A DNA stretch of 64,000 nucleotides, from contig JAEZCN010000191.1 in the NCBI GenBank assembly GCA_023433515.1, positions 214 through 64,213 on the forward strand. Direction: 5' to 3'. Position 1 is the stretch's first letter. Each line of letters begins with the position of its first letter. The stretch comes from Pseudomonadota bacterium (GTDB lineage Bacteria > Pseudomonadota > Gammaproteobacteria > Steroidobacterales > Steroidobacteraceae). The position numbers were made by a program, and so were the translations under genes. Positions 34,355-41,914 of this stretch are shown here, piece by piece. Below the pieces are notes generated by a model. It was not told the DNA's origin and did not search any database. It saw nothing but the letters and a program-made list of their open reading frames with translations.

Positions 34355-34357
34355 GCC

Positions 34358-34939
34358 TTACCGCAGCACGTCCTTCGACGAGGTGATGAGCACGCACATG
34401 CAGCCGGTTTCGCTCCACACGCGACTATCGCTCGTGCCGGGATCGGCACGGTTGTAGTCGCCCGCCACGAGCTTCCGGTCGTCTATCCACAGCTCGCCCT
34501 CGAGCAGGTGCAATTCCTCGACACCGCTGTGCGTATGCGGTGGATAGGCGACGCCGGGCGCGAGCCGTACCAGCATGCTCACGCGATCGTGCGCCGAGTC
34601 GGTGGCGAGCAGCTTGCAGGCGATTCCTGGCGCGACCTGCTCCCACTCGGGGTCCCCGACCTCGCGCGACGTCGGCAAGAGTATTTCCCGGCCGAGGGCC
34701 CCGGCGACACGCGCCGCGATCCGTTCCCGCAACGACGGAGGCGCTTGCGTGCCGCTTCCTTCGTTGTCGACGAAGTAATCGACCAGGGGTCGTAGTTGTT
34801 CGAGCTCGCCGCGACAGCCATCGCACTGGCGTAGGTGTGCCTCCAACGCCGTCACCTGCCCGGCAGGCAGCGTGCGCAGCGCAAAGAGGGTGACGCGCTC
34901 GACTTCTTCGCAACGTTCTGAGTCCAGGTTCTCGCTCAT
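34358..34939 (-). CDS. ChrR-like anti-sigma factor (zf-HC2 N-terminus + C-terminal cupin)
   Basis: The ATG at 34939 overlaps the sigma stop (ATGA). N-terminus LEAHLRQCDGCRGELEQL. Cupin GVAYPPHTHSGVEELHLLEGELWID. Confidence 0.8.
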   Translation of the reverse strand: MSENLDSERCEEVERVTLFALRTLPAGQVTALEAHLRQCDGCRGELEQLRPLVDYFVDNEGSGTQAPPSLRERIAARVAGALGREILLPTSREVGDPEWEQVAPGIACKLLATDSAHDRVSMLVRLAPGVAYPPHTHSGVEELHLLEGELWIDDRKLVAGDYNRADPGTSDSRVWSETGCMCVLITSSKDVLR

Positions 34940-35295
34940 CGTTCTGTCCCACACGCTCGCAACGCGCACGAACGCGCAAGGTTCATGATCCATGCGACTA
35001 CCGTGCCGCTCGCGGCGTCGTAAGTCGCGGCCTTGTGCCAAAGGTCTTGAAACACTTCCACCGTCACTAACTCGGCAACGGCGCGTTCGTGGGTGATCCG
35101 CATGGCGAGCGCGAAGACGATGCCATGGGTCCACATGTACAGGGTGCCGAAAGCATGGGTGTCGCCGACCGCCACCTTGCAAAGCAGATCGGTCCAATCC
35201 TGTTCCGGGATACGCGGCCGGGAGGCGTCCGCGTAAAGCAACCCGCCCAGTGTAAGTACGGCTTCTCCGGCCGTCTCCTGCACCTTGGCATTCAT
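34936..35295 (-). CDS. ECF sigma-factor fragment containing only region 2 (119 aa); region 4 absent
   Basis: HAFGTLYMWTHGIVFALAMRITHERAVAELVTVEVFQDLWHKAATYD...VVAWIMNLARSCAL, then a stop. There is no region-4 HTH in any frame before the anti-sigma gene. Confidence 0.65.
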   Translation of the reverse strand: MNAKVQETAGEAVLTLGGLLYADASRPRIPEQDWTDLLCKVAVGDTHAFGTLYMWTHGIVFALAMRITHERAVAELVTVEVFQDLWHKAATYDAASGTVVAWIMNLARSCALRACGTER

Positions 35296-35353
35296 ACTCG
35301 CGGTTTCACTTCGCTCCCGGACCTAGGGAGCCAAAGAATGTCGCGGCCGGAGT

Positions 35354-36058
35354 TTGCGAGCTATAGGGCGGAACCGACGCGGCTATCGGAAATATCTGAC
35401 AGCCTTGGCGGTGATCCTGATAGCGGCGGTGAGCGCGGACGCGGACTTCATTGCCGACGGTGAGCTCGCGCGACAACTCGCGCGGACGCTAGGCTGGAAC
35501 GTCTGGATCCCCGGCATTGACGACGCCACATTTCAAACGGGAAAGGTCACGAACAAGTTGCCCGACGGCAGCGTCAAACAAGTCAACTTCCTGGCAAGCG
35601 TCGCCGGGCTCGTCACTGAAGATGTCAGGAAGCGAGCGCTCGAAATGGAAGTACCGGAAATTGGAAGGCTGCGGGTGATGCATCCTGTCGACGTGTTCGA
35701 TAGCCGGATCCAGAATCTCGCGCTGATACCTGCGAAGCAGACGCCGGCTGGCGTGTCGCAGGCGAACCTTGCGATCGATGTCGCCAGGGCGTTCATTCGC
35801 GCGGAAATCGTCGAGCGCGGCGAGCGAAAAGCCCTGCCGTTGCTCGAGCGGATCGCCGAATTCGCGAAAGACAGCGGAGCCATCCGGGTCTTCCTGCAAT
35901 ATGACATCGATCCGCTGCGCGCCGTCCCGCTCGAGGATTTCAGAACGACCACGGCCCTTCATACACAGCGCTGGCCGCGGATCTCGGCGGCCCTCACGAG
36001 GAAGCGCGACAAGCTTCGCCGGTTGCAGGCGCGAACCAGGAAATCTCGCAAGGTCTAG
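35354..36058 (+). CDS. Hypothetical protein (234 aa from a TTG); N-terminus ambiguous
   Basis: The ORF is open with a plausible C-terminal two-thirds (...RVMHPVDVFDSRIQNLALIPAKQTPAGVSQANLAIDVARAF...) and a basic tail. An ATG at 35338 opens a different frame that stops at 35463. Confidence 0.45.
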   Translation: MRAIGRNRRGYRKYLTALAVILIAAVSADADFIADGELARQLARTLGWNVWIPGIDDATFQTGKVTNKLPDGSVKQVNFLASVAGLVTEDVRKRALEMEVPEIGRLRVMHPVDVFDSRIQNLALIPAKQTPAGVSQANLAIDVARAFIRAEIVERGERKALPLLERIAEFAKDSGAIRVFLQYDIDPLRAVPLEDFRTTTALHTQRWPRISAALTRKRDKLRRLQARTRKSRKV

Positions 36059-36176
36059 TTCGAGCGCCCCACCCCCCGCGAAAGCCCGGTTTCCCCGGGT
36101 ACGACGCGATCGGCTGGCCCGAGCGCGGAAGGACGCTTATTCTCCCTCCGCCGAACAAATCCATCAGAGCAATAAA

Positions 36177-37589
36177 ATGACTACAACTGCTGAACGGCTG
36201 AGCGTGGGGGAGAAGATCGGATACAGCCTGGGCGACCTGGCGGCCAATCTCATATTCCAGACTTTCATCACCTTCCTGGCGTTTTTCTACACCGACGTTT
36301 ACAAGATCCCGGCAGGCACCGCCTCCGCGATCATCTTCTGGGGCGGCCTCTTCGGCGGTGTGATCTTCAATCCCATCATGGGACTGATCGCCGATCGCAC
36401 GAATACGCGCTGGGGCAAGTTCCGTCCCTGGGTGCTGTGGACCGCGGTGCCGTTCGGCGTGTTCTCGCTGCTGGCGTTCTCGACGCCGGATCTCGGCGAG
36501 CAGGGCAAGATCTACTACGCCGCAATCACGTACACGCTGCTGGTCACGATCTACGCGGCAAACAATCTTCCCTACGCGGCGCTGAGCGGTGTGCTGACCG
36601 GCAACATGTCGGAGCGCAACAGCCTGTCCTCGTACCGCTTCGTCGCGGTGATGATCGCCCAGTTCGTCATCCAGGTGTTGCTGCTGCCGCTGGTGCTCGC
36701 GCTCGGCGACGGCGATCAGGCGGCCGGCTTCCGCAAGGCGATGATGGGTTTCGCGATCATCGGCACGATCTTCTTCATCATCACGTTCCTGACGACGAAG
36801 GAGCGCATCGTTCCGACGGCGGAACAGAAGTCCACCGTGAAGCAGGATCTCGTCGACCTGTTCCGCAACAAGCCGTGGCTGCTGATGCTGGTCGTCATCG
36901 TGATGGTCTTCATCAACCTGGCATTGAAGGGCGGCTCATACATCTACTATTTCCAGTACTTCGTCGACCGGGCGGCGCTGACGCAGTTTCTGGACGGCTT
37001 CGGGTTCCACGGCGATCCCGTCTCCACCGGCTTCGGCATCTTCAACGGCGGCGGCATCATCATGATGATCGTCGGCATCGGCTTCACCAGGCCGCTCGCC
37101 GACCGCTTCGGCAAGCGCAACGTGTTCAGTGCGGGACTCTTCGCTTCGACCCTGTTCCTGCTTGCGTTCGTGTTCTTTCCGCCCGACGCCATCGGGACGA
37201 TGATGCTCTCGCAGATCCTCCACGGCTTCTTCTACGGCATCACGATTCCGCTGCTGTGGGCGATGATCGCGGACGTCGCCGACTACTCGGAGTGGAAGAA
37301 CAATCGTCGCGCCACGGCCATTGTTTTCTCCGCCATGATCCTCGGCCTCAAGTTCGGCCTGGCGGTCGGCGGCGCGCTGGTCGCGAAGCTGCTGGACATC
37401 TACGGCTACGTGCCCGATGCGGCCCTGCAGTCGTCCGACGTGGTTCAGGGCGTCAAACTGTCGATCAGTATCTATGCGTCGATTCCGTTCCTGATCTGCT
37501 GCGTTGTCCTGTTCTTCTACGAGATCAACAAGGCGATGGAAACGCGGATCGAAACCGAGCTGGCTCAGCGTCGCCGCGCGACGTCCTGA
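36177..37589 (+). CDS. Glycoside-pentoside-hexuronide (GPH):cation symporter family MFS transporter
   Basis: MTTTAERLSVGEKIGYSLGDLAANLIFQTFITFLAFFYTDVYKIP...GLIADRTNTRWGKFRPW is the GPH signature. About 12 TM segments. The listed ORF begins 408 nt too early. Confidence 0.9.
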   Translation: MTTTAERLSVGEKIGYSLGDLAANLIFQTFITFLAFFYTDVYKIPAGTASAIIFWGGLFGGVIFNPIMGLIADRTNTRWGKFRPWVLWTAVPFGVFSLLAFSTPDLGEQGKIYYAAITYTLLVTIYAANNLPYAALSGVLTGNMSERNSLSSYRFVAVMIAQFVIQVLLLPLVLALGDGDQAAGFRKAMMGFAIIGTIFFIITFLTTKERIVPTAEQKSTVKQDLVDLFRNKPWLLMLVVIVMVFINLALKGGSYIYYFQYFVDRAALTQFLDGFGFHGDPVSTGFGIFNGGGIIMMIVGIGFTRPLADRFGKRNVFSAGLFASTLFLLAFVFFPPDAIGTMMLSQILHGFFYGITIPLLWAMIADVADYSEWKNNRRATAIVFSAMILGLKFGLAVGGALVAKLLDIYGYVPDAALQSSDVVQGVKLSISIYASIPFLICCVVLFFYEINKAMETRIETELAQRRRATS

Positions 37590-37610
37590 CACACGAGGAA
37601 CCCGAGCATC

Positions 37611-38636
37611 ATGTCGAACGATTCAGAAGTCGATTACTCCGGCGAAGACTACGAAGCCCTCACCCGCAGGGCCATTTCCCAGCCGCTGGTGACGAACATC
37701 TACACGGCCGATCCGTCGGCGCACGTGTTCGAGGGGAAGATCTACGTCTATCCCTCGCACGACGTCGAAGCCGGCATCCCGTTCAACGACCTCGGCGATC
37801 ACTTCGACATGCGCGACTATCACGTGCTGCGGCTGGATTCGCCGACGAGCCCGGCGGTCGACTGCGGTGTCGCGCTCGACATCAAGGATGTGAAGTGGGC
37901 GCAGCGCCAGATGTGGGCGCCGGATGCCGCGACGAAGGACGGCAAGTACTACCTGTATTTCCCGGCCAAGCGCGCCGACGGCATTTTCCAGATCGGTGTC
38001 GCCGTCGGCGATCGCCCCGAGGGCCCGTTCAAACCGGAGCCTGAGGCGATCAAGGGTAGTTATTCCATCGACCCGGCCGTATTCGTGGATGACGACGGTT
38101 CCGCGTACATGTACTTCGGCGGCATCTGGGGCGGTCAGCTCCAGAAGTATCGCGACAACACATACGGCGAAAAGAACGAGGAGCCCTCGGACAGCCAACC
38201 GGCGCTGTGCCCGCGTGTCGCGGAGCTCACCGCGGACATGAAGCAGTTCGCCGAAGCACCGCGCGCGGTCGTGATCCTCGACGAAGCGCGCGAGCCACTG
38301 CTCGCCGGCGATCACGACCGGCGCTTCTTCGAGGCGTCATGGATGCACAAGTACAACGGCAAGTACTACTTCTCGTACTCCACCGGTGACACTCACTACT
38401 TGTGCTACGCGATCGGCGACAATCCCTACGGCCCGTTCACCTATCAGGGCCGGATCCTCACGCCCGTGATCGGCTGGACGACGCATCATTCGATCTGCGA
38501 GTTCCAGGGCAAGTGGTACCTGTTCTACCACGACTCCGTGCTGTCGAAAGGCGTGACGCACTTGCGCTCGGTGAAGATGACCGAGCTGACGTACGACGCC
38601 AACGGTCGCATCCAGACGATCACTCCCTACCGCTAG
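37611..38636 (+). CDS. Glycoside hydrolase family 43 (beta-xylosidase/alpha-L-arabinofuranosidase type)
   Basis: YTADPSAHVFEGKIYVYPSHD, MWAPDAATKDGKYYLYFP, IDPAVFVDDDG, FFEASWMHKYNGKYYFSYS. It lies directly downstream of the GPH transporter. Confidence 0.9.
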   Translation: MSNDSEVDYSGEDYEALTRRAISQPLVTNIYTADPSAHVFEGKIYVYPSHDVEAGIPFNDLGDHFDMRDYHVLRLDSPTSPAVDCGVALDIKDVKWAQRQMWAPDAATKDGKYYLYFPAKRADGIFQIGVAVGDRPEGPFKPEPEAIKGSYSIDPAVFVDDDGSAYMYFGGIWGGQLQKYRDNTYGEKNEEPSDSQPALCPRVAELTADMKQFAEAPRAVVILDEAREPLLAGDHDRRFFEASWMHKYNGKYYFSYSTGDTHYLCYAIGDNPYGPFTYQGRILTPVIGWTTHHSICEFQGKWYLFYHDSVLSKGVTHLRSVKMTELTYDANGRIQTITPYR

Positions 38637-38668
38637 CGGCGGAGTGAATTCGCATCACGCACGGCGCG

Positions 38669-39706
38669 TCACTTGACGCGTCGATGCGTGATGATGAATT
38701 CGCGAGCAACCTTCCCATCTATCTCGACCCACATCCGTTGCGCGCGCTCATCGCGTGACTTGACCACGATTTCGTTGTTGTAGACCGCGGCCTTTCCGTT
38801 CTCGGTCATCTGCATCGAGCCGCGCACGGTGTTGCCCTGCACCTGGATCGCGATCGGCGCCGCGAGCAGTCCGCTGTCGGTCAGGCGCGCGGTGCTCAAC
38901 ATCTTCCTGGCCGGATCGTAGCCGGAGATGTCCAGCGCCGAATCCGCGGGACGGTTGGTCCATTCGTGGTGCCAGGTGCACACGTTGCCGATGCCCTTCA
39001 CCGCGGCAACACATTCCCAGGTGGCGTAGGCCTTGGTGCGTTCTTCGCCGTTGATGATCTCGCCCTCGCTGCGCCAGGTGCCGCGTTGTCCCTCGAGCCA
39101 CGCGACGATCTCGGCGGGGACTTCCGTGCTCGGCGGAGCATCACGGTTCACGACGAGTGGGGCGCCCGCAATACGCCGCTGCGTGAGCTGCCATTCCCGC
39201 ACGCGTTTGCCGTCCTCGTCGAAGGTGATGTGTTGCCGCCATTCGCCCGGCTTGGTGACGACTATCTCGTTGCGCATGACGCGCGGCTTTCCGTCTTCGC
39301 TGGTGGACTCCCGCACCACGGTCATGGTGTTTCCGCGCACGGTCACTTCGGCGCCCGCGCCCAGGACTCCCGTGTCGTTGACGCGCTGCATCCGGAGCAC
39401 CTTGAGTTTCGGGTCGTACCCCATGATGTCGAGCGCGTAGTCGTGAGGCCGGTCGGTCCATTCGTGGTACCACATGCACACGTTGCCCACGCCGTTCACG
39501 GCCGCTTTGCATTCCCAGCTCGCCGTCACTGGCGTGCGCTTCTCACCCTGGATGTCCCAGCCCTCGGCGCGCCACTGGCCGCGGTGCTCGAGCAACATGG
39601 CGCTGACGTCCGGCGGAATCTGCGGAGGAGCCGGAGGGTCGGCCGCATGGCTCGCGGAGGTGAGTGCAAGCGCAGCAAACAGGAACGATCCGCGGAGTAG
39701 TTTCAT
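38669..39706 (-). CDS. Secreted protein built from two tandem copies of a ~150-aa domain
   Basis: The ATG at 39706 gives MKLLRGSFLFAALALTSASHA. Internal duplication: WECKAAVNGVGNVCMWYHEWTDRPHDYALDIMGYDP versus WECVAAVKGIGNVCTWHHEWTNRPADSALDISGYDP. Confidence 0.7.
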   Translation of the reverse strand: MKLLRGSFLFAALALTSASHAADPPAPPQIPPDVSAMLLEHRGQWRAEGWDIQGEKRTPVTASWECKAAVNGVGNVCMWYHEWTDRPHDYALDIMGYDPKLKVLRMQRVNDTGVLGAGAEVTVRGNTMTVVRESTSEDGKPRVMRNEIVVTKPGEWRQHITFDEDGKRVREWQLTQRRIAGAPLVVNRDAPPSTEVPAEIVAWLEGQRGTWRSEGEIINGEERTKAYATWECVAAVKGIGNVCTWHHEWTNRPADSALDISGYDPARKMLSTARLTDSGLLAAPIAIQVQGNTVRGSMQMTENGKAAVYNNEIVVKSRDERAQRMWVEIDGKVAREFIITHRRVK

Positions 39707-39828
39707 GACCCGGCCCTCGAGTTGGGTGGAATAAACGCTCCGGACGCTACAATCGAGATGCCCCGCGACGCCTGAGGAAAGCCTCAGGATCACCTTAGTT
39801 CTGTCGAAGGAATCGACCCAGGCCCCCG

Positions 39829-41715
39829 ATGACCGCGACGAAAACCAGAATCGGCGCCTGGATCGCCGACCCGGCATCGAACCTGCTCTTACGGGATGGG
39901 CAAGCGGTGCGTCTCGAGCCGCGCGCCATGGACGTGCTCATGCACCTGGCGGCACGCGGCGGCGAGGTTGCGTCAGTCAACGATCTGATGGCCGCGGTCT
40001 GGAAAAACGTGGTCGTGAGCGATGGCTCCGTCTATCTAGCCATCAGCCAGTTGCGCGAGGCGCTCGGAACCACGGAAGGCGGCCAGAGCTACATCGAAAC
40101 CGTTCCGAAGCGGGGGTATCGGCTCGTCGTGCCGGTAGAGCCCGCGATGGAACTGGCTTCGGAGCCGGTCGCGGACCCGGCGCCCGTCCCGGTGTCGAAT
40201 CGCTTGTGGAAGACGACGGCAATCGCGGCGGTCGTGCTGGCGGCCCTGTCGGCGATCTTGTGGGCGGTCTTTCGACCGGCTGCGACCGACATCGACCGCT
40301 CGCTCGCGGTGCTTCCCTTCGCGGACCTGTCCCCCGACGGAGGCCAGGCGTACTTCGCCGACGGCATCACCGAGGAAGTGCTCGACCGCCTCGCGCGTCT
40401 GCGGGACCTGCGCGTCATCGCACGCACGTCGTCCTTCCAGTTGCGCGGACAGGGCGTGGAGGCTCGCGCGGTCGGTGAGAAGCTGGGCGTGAAACATCTG
40501 CTTCTCGGCAGCGTGCGCAAGGGCGGTGACCGCGTGCGCATCACGGCGCAACTGATCGAGGCGCCGACCAGCCGGCAATTGTGGGCCCAGACCTTCGAAC
40601 GTCCGCTCGAAGACATCTTCGCCGTCCAGGACGAGATCGCAAAATCCGTCAGCGCCGCGATGCAGGTGAAGCTGCGCGTGGGGGATCTCGCGCGCATGCC
40701 GGGCATGACGGACGACGTCGAGGCTTACGACGAATACCTGCGCGGCAGGGCGCTCAATCTCGTCGGCCGCCCGGAGTCCTATCCACTGGCGATCGCGCAC
40801 CTGCAACGCGCAATCGCCATCGACCCGGAGTTTTCGATGGCATGGTCTGGGCTCAGCGGAACCTATAGCAATGCCGCTTACGCCGTCCCCGGGCGCGCCG
40901 TTGAATGGCTGCGGTCCGCCGAGTATTCGCTCGAGCGGGCGCGGCAACTGACGCCGGACGCGCCACACGTCCTGCAATTGCTCGGCATCGCGGCGACACG
41001 CCGTGGAGACTGGTTAGGCGCGGCGGCGTACTTCAAGCGCCTGGAGGAGACTATTGCCGAACATGGCGCGATCGCGGAGCTGGCGGGCTCGCACGGCGTA
41101 TTCCTGTTGTGTGTCGGCAGGGTAAGCGAGGCGATCCCGGTACTCGAAGATGCGCGCGCCAACAATCCACTCGGGCCCGGATACGCAAGTTTCCTGGCTC
41201 TGGCCTACGTGGCCAATGCCGACTACGGCGCCGCGCTCGGCGAAGTCGATCGCGGACTGCAGCTCGAAGGACTGCGCGAGGGATTCTTGGGCCTGGGATT
41301 CAGCATCGCACTCGCGAGCGGCGATCGTGGCGAGATCGATCGCAGGCTCGCCGCGCTCACCGACAGCGTTCCCGCCGCGGCCATCAACCGGCGCATGGCG
41401 AAGTTTCTCGACGCGCCGTCGGGGGGGGCTGACGAACTTCGCGCCGTCGCGAGCACCGCGGCCGACACGGAGAAAGTCATGGTCGCGGCGTGGGCCGCGT
41501 ACTTCGACGACCCGCAGACTGCGCTGGAAATTCTGTCCGAAGTCATACCTCGGCGCCCGCACCCGGCTCCGATCTGGATGCCTTTGTTCGCCGACACCCG
41601 GCGCTTGCCGGGTTTCACGACGCTTGTTGGAGACCTCGGCATGACCGACTACTGGCGCGTGCACGGCTACGGTGATTTCTGCAAGCCGGCAAGGGATCGG
41701 ATCGAGTGCCGTTGA
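39829..41715 (+). CDS. Membrane-anchored winged-helix (CadC/ToxR-like) regulator with TolB-like and TPR periplasmic region
   Basis: LEPRAMDVLMHLAARGGEVASVNDLMAAVW...YIETVPKRGYRLV (trans_reg_C). TM segment TTAIAAVVLAALSAILWAVF. TPR-like repeats follow. Confidence 0.8.
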   Translation: MTATKTRIGAWIADPASNLLLRDGQAVRLEPRAMDVLMHLAARGGEVASVNDLMAAVWKNVVVSDGSVYLAISQLREALGTTEGGQSYIETVPKRGYRLVVPVEPAMELASEPVADPAPVPVSNRLWKTTAIAAVVLAALSAILWAVFRPAATDIDRSLAVLPFADLSPDGGQAYFADGITEEVLDRLARLRDLRVIARTSSFQLRGQGVEARAVGEKLGVKHLLLGSVRKGGDRVRITAQLIEAPTSRQLWAQTFERPLEDIFAVQDEIAKSVSAAMQVKLRVGDLARMPGMTDDVEAYDEYLRGRALNLVGRPESYPLAIAHLQRAIAIDPEFSMAWSGLSGTYSNAAYAVPGRAVEWLRSAEYSLERARQLTPDAPHVLQLLGIAATRRGDWLGAAAYFKRLEETIAEHGAIAELAGSHGVFLLCVGRVSEAIPVLEDARANNPLGPGYASFLALAYVANADYGAALGEVDRGLQLEGLREGFLGLGFSIALASGDRGEIDRRLAALTDSVPAAAINRRMAKFLDAPSGGADELRAVASTAADTEKVMVAAWAAYFDDPQTALEILSEVIPRRPHPAPIWMPLFADTRRLPGFTTLVGDLGMTDYWRVHGYGDFCKPARDRIECR

Positions 41716-41855
41716 GCGACCCGCTTTCGGGACGTAGTTAGCACAGAGGTGTCGCCGCGCATTGCGGTGACGCCCGCCCGGGAGATCAGTTTCTGGCAGC
41801 GGCGATCGGTTGTCCTGATCCCGGCGTGAATACATCGAGAGATTGACGTAGATAG

Positions 41856-41889
41856 AAAGGCCCCCGTGGGGATATCTCCGGGGGCCTTT
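41856..41889. terminator. GC-rich hairpin between convergent genes (bidirectional terminator candidate)
   Basis: aaaggcccccg-tggggatatctc-cgggggccttt. The flanking T/A tracts are short, so intrinsic termination strength is uncertain. Confidence 0.6.
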
Positions 41890-41914
41890 CGTTCAGGGCG
41901 TCAGCCCACGCCTG

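Noticed and set aside
36437-38044. 535-aa + strand ORF overlapping the GPH transporter and GH43 genes
   Set aside because: It is an off-frame shadow (Arg/Gly/Asp-rich) spanning two well-supported genes.
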